Origin: Promethearchaeia archaeon
GTDB taxonomy: Archaea > Asgardarchaeota > Lokiarchaeia > Sigyniarchaeales > SOKP01
Direction of reading: 5' to 3'
Length of the DNA: 64,000 nucleotides
NCBI GenBank assembly: GCA_029856145.1
Contig: JAHQWK010000025.1
Coordinates: 30,582-94,581, forward strand
Positions 10,279 to 19,715 of the stretch are shown here, piece after piece; position 1 is the first letter of the stretch, and each line of letters begins with the position of its first letter. The notes under the pieces are model-generated. The model searched no databases. It was not told the origin of the DNA and saw only the letters and a list, made by a program, of their open reading frames with translations. The position numbers were made by a program, and so were the translations under genes.

Positions 10279-11529
10279 TTATTTGCTGAGTTTATGTTTC
10301 CTCTGATTTCTTTCTAAATCTCCTGGTTCTATAGTAACTTTTTGTCCTGCTAAGAGACTTGCTACTCCAATCAATTTATCTTCTTCCTTGCAGTGGCATT
10401 CTGGAATGTAATCTACTGGTTCTTCATATGTCGTTATAACCCCCTCATAATTTCTAAGTACTACTCGGTGGTGTCCTTGAGAGATTGTGTAATCAGGCAT
10501 AACAGGAATTTTCCCTCCCCCTCCTGGTGCATCAACGACATAGATAGGAACACATAATCCTGATGTATGCCCTCTTAATCCTTCTATAATCTGAATTCCT
10601 TGAGCTATGGTTGTTCTAAAGTGTTCTAGACCTAATGAAAGATCACATTGATAGATATAATAAGGTCTAACCCTTATTTTGACAAGTTCTTGAACTAGAT
10701 TTTTCATTATATGAATACAGTCATTTACACCACGTAATAGAACAGATTGATTACCAAGGGGGATTCCCGCATCAGCTAACATTTCACAAGCTCTTTTTGA
10801 ATCCTCTGTAATTTCATTTGGGTGATTAAATTGTGTGTTAAACCATATTGGATGATATTTCTTAAGCATGTCACACAACTCTGGAGTTATTCTTTGAGGC
10901 ATTACGCATGGAGTTCTTGACCCTATCCGAATAATTTCTACATGAGGTATTTCTCTAATTTTTTTTATGATGTATTCTAGTTTTTCATTTGACATTAACA
11001 AAGCATCTCCTCCAGAGAGTAGAACATCTCTTATTGCTGGTGTATTCGCTATGTAATTTATTGCTGTATCAATATGATCTTGCGGAGGAGCTTTATCATG
11101 ATGACCTGCGAATCGCCTTCTTGTACAATGCCTGCAATACATCGAACATTTCTCAGTTATTAAGAATAATACGCGATCGGGGTATCTATGGGTTAAACCT
11201 GGAACTGGAGAATCAACATCTTCATGAAGTGGATCAATTAAATCTGAAGTAGCTCTATGTAACTCATAATAAGTAGGTATTGCTTGCTTCCGAATCCCAT
11301 CATAAGGATCATCTGGATCAATTAGAGATAAATAATAAGGAGTAATTGCCATACGATATTCCTTTAGGATTCTTGAATCATCTTCTTTTTCAGTTAAATC
11401 AATATATTTTTTAAGTTCCTCTAATGTTGTTATCCTATTTCTAACTTGCCAACGCCAATCATTCCAATCAATATCTTTTATATGACCAAATAATTCGTTT
11501 CGCCTATTGACTTTCATACTTAAACTCAA
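10279..11529 (-). CDS. kamA: Lysine 2,3-aminomutase (radical SAM)
   Basis: WNDWRWQ, GLTHRYPDRV, CSMYCRHCTRRR, DAPGGGGKIP. Confidence 0.97.
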   Translation of the reverse strand: MSLSMKVNRRNELFGHIKDIDWNDWRWQVRNRITTLEELKKYIDLTEKEDDSRILKEYRMAITPYYLSLIDPDDPYDGIRKQAIPTYYELHRATSDLIDPLHEDVDSPVPGLTHRYPDRVLFLITEKCSMYCRHCTRRRFAGHHDKAPPQDHIDTAINYIANTPAIRDVLLSGGDALLMSNEKLEYIIKKIREIPHVEIIRIGSRTPCVMPQRITPELCDMLKKYHPIWFNTQFNHPNEITEDSKRACEMLADAGIPLGNQSVLLRGVNDCIHIMKNLVQELVKIRVRPYYIYQCDLSLGLEHFRTTIAQGIQIIEGLRGHTSGLCVPIYVVDAPGGGGKIPVMPDYTISQGHHRVVLRNYEGVITTYEEPVDYIPECHCKEEDKLIGVASLLAGQKVTIEPGDLERNQRKHKLSK

Positions 11530-11751
11530 TGTTATTTATAATTTTTACTTTAACTCAACAATTGATTAAAAATGCGTTTCTTCAAATATTTTATGTAATT
11601 TTTCAGACTTTTATAATTATCAAAGCAGAGAAGAACATTAGAAAAGGATCATAGAAAATTAATCTTCTTAATTATTGTCTATTTTTAAAAATTGGAAGGA
11701 ATTAAAATATCATATCATCTAAATTTTAAATAACTTTAACTTAAATTAAGC

Positions 11752-11810
11752 AAAAGTTTAAATAATATAATTTACGATTATTCGTAAATAATTTTCGATC
11801 ATTCGTAAAT
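11752..11810 (+). promoter_or_regulatory. BRE/TATA followed by two tandem palindromic operators upstream of the ZIP-DtxR operon
   Basis: AAAAG-TTTAAATA (11752-11764); ATTTACGA-ttat-TCGTAAAT (11770-11789, perfect 8-4-8); ATTTTCGA-tcat-TCGTAAAT (11791-11810, 1 mismatch); 21-bp period. Confidence 0.75.
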
Positions 11811-11843
11811 CTTAAGAAAATAATCATAGAGGTATATATTTGA

Positions 11844-12602
11844 ATGTTATTTTGGGTTATCTTATTTAGTATTTTAGGAAGTGTAGGTGCAATATTAGCT
11901 GCTTCAATTTTTATTCTAATAGGTGAAAGGATTCAAAAAAAATTAGTTACAGCATTACTTTCTTTTGCAACAGGAACTTTACTGACAGCTGCATTGATGG
12001 GATTGATTCCTGAAGCTATTGAGTATGCTGGAGAACCTCATCTAGTAACTATAGTAATTTTAGGAGGGTTAATCTTTTTCTTCTTCTTAGAAAAGTTTCT
12101 AATATGGAGAAACTGTCAAGTCAATGATTGTGAAGTCCATGCTCATGCCCCGGGACCTTTAATATTAGTCGGAGATGCTTTTCATAATTTTACTGATGGA
12201 ATTGTAATAGCAGCAGCTTTTCTTACTAATAATTTTGGTATTGGTTTAGCAGTAGGGATTACAATAATCATGCACGAGATTCCTCAGGAAACAGGAGATT
12301 TTGCAATATTACTGCATGATGGGATGTCAAAGAAAAGAGCACTTCTATATAATTTATTATCAAGTTCAACAACAATCCCCGCTGCCATCATTAGTTATTT
12401 TGTTTTGGATGTTTTTGAAACAACAATTCCGATATTTTTAGCAATTTCAGCAGCAAGCTTTCTTTATATTGCATTATCAGATCTAACACCTCAACTTCAT
12501 GAGAAAACAGAAACAAAAGAAATAATTAAACAATTAGTTTTAGTTGTTATTGGAATACTCGTAATGGTTATTGTTCTATCTATAGGAGGCCATAGTCATT
12601 AA
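11844..12602 (+). CDS. ZIP family metal transporter
   Basis: HNFTDG and HEIPQETGD ZIP signatures; His-rich loop. Confidence 0.93.
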   Translation: MLFWVILFSILGSVGAILAASIFILIGERIQKKLVTALLSFATGTLLTAALMGLIPEAIEYAGEPHLVTIVILGGLIFFFFLEKFLIWRNCQVNDCEVHAHAPGPLILVGDAFHNFTDGIVIAAAFLTNNFGIGLAVGITIIMHEIPQETGDFAILLHDGMSKKRALLYNLLSSSTTIPAAIISYFVLDVFETTIPIFLAISAASFLYIALSDLTPQLHEKTETKEIIKQLVLVVIGILVMVIVLSIGGHSH

Positions 12603-12621
12603 TAATTAACTGCTCTTAATC

Positions 12622-13053
12622 ATGTTGGATATAGATTATCAAATTTTGAAGATTATTTATAGAACTAATGGTAAAGCAAGGTTAAAACATATTCAAGAAG
12701 AGATTAAAGCAACTAAGGGTATTAAAATTCCATTATCAACGATTAATAGTTGTATTGAGAGACTTGAGAAAAAAGAATTTGTTGAGTGGGTTAGATATTC
12801 TCCCCTCAAATTGACAGAACAGGGTTCGGATTTAGCAAAAGAATTAATACGCCATGCGCAATTGCTTGAAGTATTACTATATAATGAATTAGAATTAAGC
12901 GCTGAGGAAGCTCACGTAGAAAGTGAAAAATTTAACTTACTATTCTCCTGTAATACTATCAATAAAATTTGTGAAAAATATAAACACCCATCAGAATGCC
13001 CATGTGGAGACACAATCTTAAGCTCTAACAACTGTTATTGTGAAAATGAGTAA
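12622..13053 (+). CDS. DtxR/MntR family metal-dependent repressor
   Basis: wHTH, then 'LTEQG...RHAQLLE..L...L.L..EEAH.ESEK' and 'HPSECPCG'. Confidence 0.85.
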   Translation: MLDIDYQILKIIYRTNGKARLKHIQEEIKATKGIKIPLSTINSCIERLEKKEFVEWVRYSPLKLTEQGSDLAKELIRHAQLLEVLLYNELELSAEEAHVESEKFNLLFSCNTINKICEKYKHPSECPCGDTILSSNNCYCENE

Positions 13054-13078
13054 AAAAAACCCTAATAGATATTCATTT

Positions 13079-14119
13079 TTATTTGAGATATTTTTCATTG
13101 AATATGTTCCGCAATGTTTCTGATTCTCTTACTAAATCTAAGGCAATTTGAGCATGGTTCTTAGCATACCCACAACCAATTAACATTTTAACATCTTTCC
13201 CTATTCCTTCTGCTCCTAAGGCTGCTTTTGTAAAACTAGTTGCCATAGAAAAGAAATACACGATCCCTTCATTTTTAACTGGAAGTATACTGGACATTTC
13301 TGTGCTAGGAATACTCAAACAATTTATTGAAATATCCACTTCCTTTCCATCATTCACCATATATACTTTATCTAAAACTTCTACAGGGTTTAATACATTA
13401 GTAATAATTATTTCATCACAAAATTGAGTACTTTTAAGGAATTTTGCTCGTTTTTCATTTCTTGCTTGTCCGATAACTTTTCCATCCTTTCCAGCCATTT
13501 TTTTAGCCATTAATGAACACATCAATCCTGATTTTCCTGTAGCCCCTAAAATTAATACACTATTTCCTGGTTTTACTAAATTCTTTACTTGAGCTGGAGC
13601 ACCTGCTACATCAAGAATGGCCAATGCCAGAGTGTCCTCCATATCTTCAGGAAGTTTAGCATAAATTCCACTTTCAAAAAGAATTGCTTTTCCCGCAATT
13701 TCAACCCTATCAATATCAGGTTGAATTTTTAGAATTTTATCTATTCTAAGTGGTGTGAGGGAAAGTGAAACAAGTGTTGCGATTTTATCACCAACGGTTA
13801 AGTCAATTTTACCTTTTAATGCATCACCAATTTCTTCTACATTTCCTATTAGCATTCCACCAGAGCCAGTCACCGGATTTTGCATTTTACCTTTTTCATT
13901 AACAATTTGCAGTATTTTTTCTTTAATTTTTTCAATATCGCCTTTAGCCTCTTCTTTTAGTTGTGTAAAACTGGCTGAATCAATATTTAAATAATCTACA
14001 TCAATCAAGATTTCATTATCATAAAGAGTCATATCGTTTGAAATCTTTATTGCAGGTTGAGGTAAAGCTCCCTTTGGTTCAATAACTCTATGTGTTCCAT
14101 ATCTATTTCCTTTCTTCAT
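13079..14119 (-). CDS. kdd: L-erythro-3,5-diaminohexanoate dehydrogenase
   Basis: GNRYGTHRVIEPKGALPQPA, NIDSASF, GKMQNPVTGSGGM, LDVAGAPAQ, FFSMATSF. Confidence 0.93.
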   Translation of the reverse strand: MKKGNRYGTHRVIEPKGALPQPAIKISNDMTLYDNEILIDVDYLNIDSASFTQLKEEAKGDIEKIKEKILQIVNEKGKMQNPVTGSGGMLIGNVEEIGDALKGKIDLTVGDKIATLVSLSLTPLRIDKILKIQPDIDRVEIAGKAILFESGIYAKLPEDMEDTLALAILDVAGAPAQVKNLVKPGNSVLILGATGKSGLMCSLMAKKMAGKDGKVIGQARNEKRAKFLKSTQFCDEIIITNVLNPVEVLDKVYMVNDGKEVDISINCLSIPSTEMSSILPVKNEGIVYFFSMATSFTKAALGAEGIGKDVKMLIGCGYAKNHAQIALDLVRESETLRNIFNEKYLK

Positions 14120-14127
14120 ATTACATC

Positions 14128-14970
14128 TTATTCATTAATTTTTAGTCCTAGTATATTTCTTGCTTCATGAGGAGAAGCAATTTCTCTTCCTAATTCTTTA
14201 GCAATTCTAACTGCTTTTTCCACTAATTCTCCATTAGATTTTGCTAACACTCCTTTTGATAGATACACGTTATCTTCAAACCCTACTCTCGCATGCCCCC
14301 CCATTATAATAGCTAATGTAACCATTGGAAATTCATACTTTCCAATCGCACCAACACAAAATGTCGAATTTTCAGGAATACTGTTCACTAAAAAATTTAA
14401 ATCTCTTGTTGAAGCATTTATACCACCAATTACTCCTAACATAAAATTAAAGTGCATTGGATCCTTGATATACGCCATATTCCGTAATTTTAAAGCCATA
14501 TCAACCATTCCCTTATCAAAACATTCTAACTCATATTTAATTCCACGTTTATTCATTTCCTCAGCAAAATAAATTATTGTATTTTCTGTATTTACAAAAA
14601 TATCATTACCTCCAAAATTCATAGTTCCACAATCAAGTGTTGCCATTTCTGGAGGTGGATCTAAATAAATGGGCTGGAGTCTTTCTTCATTAGTCATTCC
14701 TACAGCTCCACCAGTTGAAGGTAATATAATTACATCAGGACATCTTTTTCTAATTTCCCCAATGCAAACTTGAAATCTTTCTTTGTTTTGAGTAGGGGTT
14801 CCATCATCTTCTCGGACATGTAAATGGATTATGCTAGCTCCCGATTTATAAGCTGATTCTGCTTCTCTTCCTATTTCCTCCACTGTATAAGGAATATTTG
14901 GGTTACTTTCTTTTGTAACTTCTGCCCCACATATAGCAGCAGTAATAATCAATTTTTCCATTAATTTCAC
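14128..14970 (-). CDS. kce: 3-keto-5-aminohexanoate cleavage enzyme (BKACE/DUF849)
   Basis: LIITAAICGAE, HLHVR, STGGAVG, RVGFEDN; context next to kdd. Confidence 0.93.
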   Translation of the reverse strand: MKLMEKLIITAAICGAEVTKESNPNIPYTVEEIGREAESAYKSGASIIHLHVREDDGTPTQNKERFQVCIGEIRKRCPDVIILPSTGGAVGMTNEERLQPIYLDPPPEMATLDCGTMNFGGNDIFVNTENTIIYFAEEMNKRGIKYELECFDKGMVDMALKLRNMAYIKDPMHFNFMLGVIGGINASTRDLNFLVNSIPENSTFCVGAIGKYEFPMVTLAIIMGGHARVGFEDNVYLSKGVLAKSNGELVEKAVRIAKELGREIASPHEARNILGLKINE

Positions 14971-15004
14971 ACAGTATTGTTTATAAAAATAAAACGTGAA
15001 AAAA

Positions 15005-16258
15005 TTATAATAACTTCTTAGCTTTTTTTAAAGCCTCATTTATCATATTTGCTGCAAAATCTAAATCTTCTTCTGAGTGACGATAACAAATATAACCATG
15101 ATGGTAAGGTTGAAGGAATATTTTTCTTCGAATCAGTTGTCTATAGAATTCGTCTCTAAGTTTCCTATATAGAAAGTCTTTATCCGGAATAAAGGTTATA
15201 TATGGCATCCAAGGTTCTCCAGAATAAATACATGGGACACCACTATCTTCAATATACTCTTTAATTCGCTTTGCAAATTGCTTCCCTTTTTGATGTATAT
15301 TATCTAAAACTTTTTCGCGTTCTAGTATTTCAATCGTTTTAAGAGATGCGATCTGAGTCAGACTATTAGGGAAAAAGGTTGAACTTAAAAAGACTTTTTC
15401 TAATAAAACATCCATAAATTCTGCTTTACCAACAAGAGTGCTTATCGGGTATCCATTTCCCATAGCCTTACCAAACGCTGCAAGATCAGGAACAACACCA
15501 AACATTTTTTGTGCTCCACCCATATCTACTCTAAAACCTGTTCTTATCTCATCATATATTAATAAAGCATTATTATCACTTGCTAATTCACGAAGACCTT
15601 CTAGATATCCTGGTTTTGGCATCTCAACCTCTCGACCGCCAGGAGTATGTATAGGATTTACAATAATAGCAGCAATTTCATCCTTATTTTTTTTAAATAA
15701 GATTTCAACTTCTTCTAGATTATTAAACTCAAATTCATAAAAATCCTCATATAATTTCTTAGGTATTCCCGCTTCGATTCCATGAACCTCACTGAAGGCG
15801 TCATACCAACCATGGTATCCACAACTAAGAATCTTTATTTTTTTTGTGTATGCTCTAGCAACTCTTATTGCTGCTGTTGTTGCATCCGTTCCCATCTTCA
15901 TTAATACCATCTTTTCACAGCAAGGTATCAAATCTCTTATTTTTTTTGCTAGTTTATTTTGAACTTGTTGAGTTAGAGACATACAGAACCCCTTATTACG
16001 TATTTGCTCAATAACAGCGTTATCTATTTCTTCTTCCCTGTGACCAATGATAATTGGGCCGTAAGCGCACAACATATCAATATATTCATTACCATCTACA
16101 TCAATTACTTTTCCACCTTTTGCAGATTCAAAGAATATAGGATATTCTCCCTCAACAAAATTATATGGACGTCTTATACCTAAAATTGCTCCTGGAATTA
16201 CATTCAATGCCTCTTCATATAATTTGAACGTATTATTAAGATTTAATTTATCAGACAA
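15005..16258 (-). CDS. kat: Class III aminotransferase, probable 3-aminobutyryl-CoA aminotransferase
   Basis: GSA-aminotransferase-like fold (DVDGNEYID, GYHGW, DEIRTGFR, GKAMGNGYP); occupies the kal position in the lysine cluster. Confidence 0.75.
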   Translation of the reverse strand: MSDKLNLNNTFKLYEEALNVIPGAILGIRRPYNFVEGEYPIFFESAKGGKVIDVDGNEYIDMLCAYGPIIIGHREEEIDNAVIEQIRNKGFCMSLTQQVQNKLAKKIRDLIPCCEKMVLMKMGTDATTAAIRVARAYTKKIKILSCGYHGWYDAFSEVHGIEAGIPKKLYEDFYEFEFNNLEEVEILFKKNKDEIAAIIVNPIHTPGGREVEMPKPGYLEGLRELASDNNALLIYDEIRTGFRVDMGGAQKMFGVVPDLAAFGKAMGNGYPISTLVGKAEFMDVLLEKVFLSSTFFPNSLTQIASLKTIEILEREKVLDNIHQKGKQFAKRIKEYIEDSGVPCIYSGEPWMPYITFIPDKDFLYRKLRDEFYRQLIRRKIFLQPYHHGYICYRHSEEDLDFAANMINEALKKAKKLL

Positions 16259-16489
16259 TTTCTCTCTCCATTTTTTCTAATATTATAGCAATTAATTATT
16301 AAACATAATTATTGAAGATTACTAAACAAAATTTTGTCTTAATTTAATATTCCACAAGATTAAAGTTAGTTTTACTTTTTCTATGAAAACAGATATATTA
16401 CTCTAATTATAATCCATAAGAGATTCATTTTTGTTTTAATAATATTTTGGTGTCAATAAGAAAAGTAAATCGTAAAGTGTTGGAAAAAA

Positions 16490-16663
16490 ATGTCAAATAA
16501 ACTAGTATGTAGTATATGTGGCTCTGAAAAAGAGGTTCCCGTTTGTTGTGAGAAATCAATGATGGTGAATGATGGATATTTACTTTGCTGCTGTTCAAAA
16601 GAATGCGGATACCAACCTATTCCTGAATGTTGTGGAAAAAAAATGGAATATATGAAATATTAG
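16490..16663 (+). CDS. 57-aa Cys-rich mini-protein (10 Cys), tandem desulforedoxin/Zn-ribbon-like
   Basis: Hand translation MSNKLVCSICGSEKEVPVCCEKSMMVNDGYLLCCCSKECGYQPIPECCGKKMEYMKY; below the ORF-track cutoff. Confidence 0.8.
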   Translation: MSNKLVCSICGSEKEVPVCCEKSMMVNDGYLLCCCSKECGYQPIPECCGKKMEYMKY

Positions 16664-16703
16664 ATAAATAATAAAAAAGAAATAAGGATAAAAATAAGTG
16701 ATT

Positions 16704-18326
16704 CTACCAAACTAAGTTCGATATAATATCTTTTGCCGTATCAGCTTGTTTCTTACTTAAAATTTTACGAATCCTTAGATCATTAATAGCATCTTCAAGA
16801 CGTGTATCTAAGTTTTTTGTTTCCATCAAATTATTTTTATCGGATTGTGTTTCAACTAATTCAATCATTGCATTGTCTTTATTCATTAAATCTCGTAATT
16901 TTTGTCTGAATCCCGCTTTAACTTTCGTTTCTACTTTTTTCCCTTTGTCAATTAATATGGGTAGTACAGGAGCTCTTTCAGTGGTTCTCTTTGTATTAAG
17001 ATCGGTAAAGAAGAATATATATATCGGGATACCTACAATGACATTTTGAGTCTTGATCTCAAGAGTGTAGTTATTAAAGAAGTTTTGAACATCAGTCATC
17101 TCTCTATCTTTAATAGATTCAATATTGTCCAAACTAGATTGTTTTTCTGTTTTTATTTGAGCAATTGTACCTTCAGCAGAAGTTAAATCTTTACTAAGTC
17201 CACTATGCTTTGCTTCAATTTGTTTTTCAACCTCTGCTTTTTTCCGTTCTAACTCTCTTAACTTCTGTTGTTTTGTTTTTTCGAGATCAGAGATTTCACG
17301 TTGAACATTTTTTCTTAGTTGAGCAATTTCATTATTATATCTACTGATAGAATTTCCTAATTCTCTATATTTTACATTAATATCCTTTAAACCTTCTTCT
17401 ACTAAGAATAGATCACGGTTATTAATTGCATTTTTCAAGCCATCAACACTATTTTTAATTGAGCTAAGATTATTATTCAATTCTCCTGTTTTATCATTTA
17501 TTTTATATTTTCCTAGTTTTACTAATTCTTCTGGAGATTTTTCAATTTCTCGTTCTTTTTCTGCTTGTATTTCCTTATTTAATATTGCGAGTTGTTTCTC
17601 TTCTTCACCTGTATCTACCTTAGTATCTCTAATTTTGTCTACTTCTTGCCCTCCTTTTTGTATCCATCTCTCACATAATTTTATAATAGCATCTCCAAAC
17701 GTATCAAGCATTTTAACATCTTTCTGTGAAACATATACTGGGATTTCTGTTGCTATTTTTGTCTGATTAACACTTTTAGTAATAGGTCCTCCTTCTAGTA
17801 TAAAATAAGGAGTAGAATGAGAACTTAAACCATATTGGTTAAGGAAAAAATTCTGAAAAAAACCTACTTCATTGGTATTAAATAAAGCCTCTTGTATAAC
17901 AGTGCCCCTTTTAAAGTTTTTTGAACGTCTTAGATATGTATTATTATAAGTCTGTAATGAATTTAAAAAAGATACAGGATCTGCTCCTTTAATAACATTT
18001 TCAGGTCTAGGTGGCATTTGAGCAAACTCTCCTACACTTAACTTCTCTTGTTTATTTAAGAGATAACTACAGACACAAGCTCTTGTATCACTTAATGGTA
18101 TTAAACGAACTGGCCAGAATGCTGTTGAAATTTTTGATATTTTTCCTAATTTTTTAAGACTTTTACCATATATACTAATACAATCAATTAAACCCATCGC
18201 TAATTCATTTAATAGAGCCGCTTGGCTACGTGCAGGATTCACTTCGCCCATATTAATTAAATAAGGTACTACTTTATCAACCATATTTGATTCACTTGAT
18301 ATTTCTATATTTATTTTTAATATCAA
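16704..18326 (-). CDS. Hypothetical protein with long central coiled coil
   Basis: E/K/Q-rich heptad region at about aa 230-415, flanked by globular segments. Confidence 0.75.
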   Translation of the reverse strand: MILKINIEISSESNMVDKVVPYLINMGEVNPARSQAALLNELAMGLIDCISIYGKSLKKLGKISKISTAFWPVRLIPLSDTRACVCSYLLNKQEKLSVGEFAQMPPRPENVIKGADPVSFLNSLQTYNNTYLRRSKNFKRGTVIQEALFNTNEVGFFQNFFLNQYGLSSHSTPYFILEGGPITKSVNQTKIATEIPVYVSQKDVKMLDTFGDAIIKLCERWIQKGGQEVDKIRDTKVDTGEEEKQLAILNKEIQAEKEREIEKSPEELVKLGKYKINDKTGELNNNLSSIKNSVDGLKNAINNRDLFLVEEGLKDINVKYRELGNSISRYNNEIAQLRKNVQREISDLEKTKQQKLRELERKKAEVEKQIEAKHSGLSKDLTSAEGTIAQIKTEKQSSLDNIESIKDREMTDVQNFFNNYTLEIKTQNVIVGIPIYIFFFTDLNTKRTTERAPVLPILIDKGKKVETKVKAGFRQKLRDLMNKDNAMIELVETQSDKNNLMETKNLDTRLEDAINDLRIRKILSKKQADTAKDIISNLVW

Positions 18327-18451
18327 GATAATAATTAAAGTTATGCTTTTGAGTTAATTAAATAACATCTCAATTAAAATTTTAAATAATGTAAGAGAAA
18401 ATTAATATCATGGAATAAAGATAATTTCTGAAAATCATAAGTGTTGAAATA

Positions 18452-19261
18452 ATGATAGATAAATTTCTGGACGGAAAGGGTGCTCTAATCACAGGAGGAG
18501 CTTCTGGTTTTGGTAGAGGTTTTGCGTTCGCTTATGCACAAAGAGGAGCAGATTTAGTATTAGTAGATATTAATGGAGAATTATTAGAAGAAACTGCTAA
18601 AAAAGTCAAGCAAGAAACAGGTCAAAACGTAATTCCAATTGTATGCGACGTAACAAAATCAGATCATGTTCAAAATATGGCAAAACAAGCTTTCAATGAA
18701 TTGGATAACATCTATATTTTAAATAACAATGTAGGTGGAGGATTTGGTTTTTTTGATTTATTAAGAGTTAGAGAAGATATTTTTGACAAAACTATAGCTC
18801 TTAATCTAAAGGGACAATGGTTAATCGCAAAAGAAGTATGTAAAAGAATGAAGAAACAAAAATTTGAACCACTGGCGGGAAAAGTTATTCATACCGCTTC
18901 AATAGCAGGTGTTAAAGTAGATGGAGGAACTCCCGTATATTCTATAAGTAAAGCGGGTATTATTGCAATGATGCAATTGCTTGCTCAAAGCTTAGCTCCA
19001 AAAATAACTGTTAATGCTATCTCTCCTGGATACCATTTAACAGGAGCATATAAAGACAAATTAGATGTAATGAAAATGACAATGGATGAGGGTCATGTAA
19101 AGACTCCCTTAAATAGATATGGTACAGTTGAAGATGTTGTCAATGTTTCTGTTTTCTTAGCTTCTCCAGATTCAAATTTCATCACAGGGCATAACTTCAT
19201 CGTAGATGGAGGAATCGCAGAAGTTGGTGTTCAAGCATATTATTTTAAATCAGAAATTTAA
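18452..19261 (+). CDS. SDR family oxidoreductase
   Basis: TGGASGFG, YSISK, VNAISPG, FITG...VDGG. Confidence 0.92.
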   Translation: MIDKFLDGKGALITGGASGFGRGFAFAYAQRGADLVLVDINGELLEETAKKVKQETGQNVIPIVCDVTKSDHVQNMAKQAFNELDNIYILNNNVGGGFGFFDLLRVREDIFDKTIALNLKGQWLIAKEVCKRMKKQKFEPLAGKVIHTASIAGVKVDGGTPVYSISKAGIIAMMQLLAQSLAPKITVNAISPGYHLTGAYKDKLDVMKMTMDEGHVKTPLNRYGTVEDVVNVSVFLASPDSNFITGHNFIVDGGIAEVGVQAYYFKSEI

Positions 19262-19275
19262 ATTTTTAAATAGAG

Positions 19276-19695
19276 GTGAAAAATTTGTTAAATATAATAA
19301 TAGCAATATTTCAGATAATATGGATATTGCTCTTTGTAGGTTTTTGGGTTGTTTTTTATTTTACAGAGTATAAAAAAGGTAAGATGTCAGAGGTTTTATA
19401 CAAGCATGAAATTTCCTTCCCATTTCCAGAGCTAGTATGGATTGTGCCAAATCTTATTGTAGCTGCTATAGGTATACTAATAGAACAAAGTTTTGGGTTT
19501 TTTTTTTCTGCTTTAGCAGGTAGTGGGATGGTCTTCATAGGAATTATAGATATAGCGTTTGATATACAAAATAAGCTATTTAATAGAGAAAAATATGGTT
19601 TTGATGCACTTGTGAGTATAGGGATCATCGTTCTAACCTTAATATTTGGTCCAATTTTTATTATATATGGAGCATTTGGTCTTGGTATTATCTAA
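19276..19695 (+). CDS. Hypothetical 4-TM membrane protein
   Basis: Four hydrophobic segments; co-oriented between two SDRs. Confidence 0.7.
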   Translation: MKNLLNIIIAIFQIIWILLFVGFWVVFYFTEYKKGKMSEVLYKHEISFPFPELVWIVPNLIVAAIGILIEQSFGFFFSALAGSGMVFIGIIDIAFDIQNKLFNREKYGFDALVSIGIIVLTLIFGPIFIIYGAFGLGII

Positions 19696-19715
19696 TTGGA
19701 AATAGGGGAAAAATT

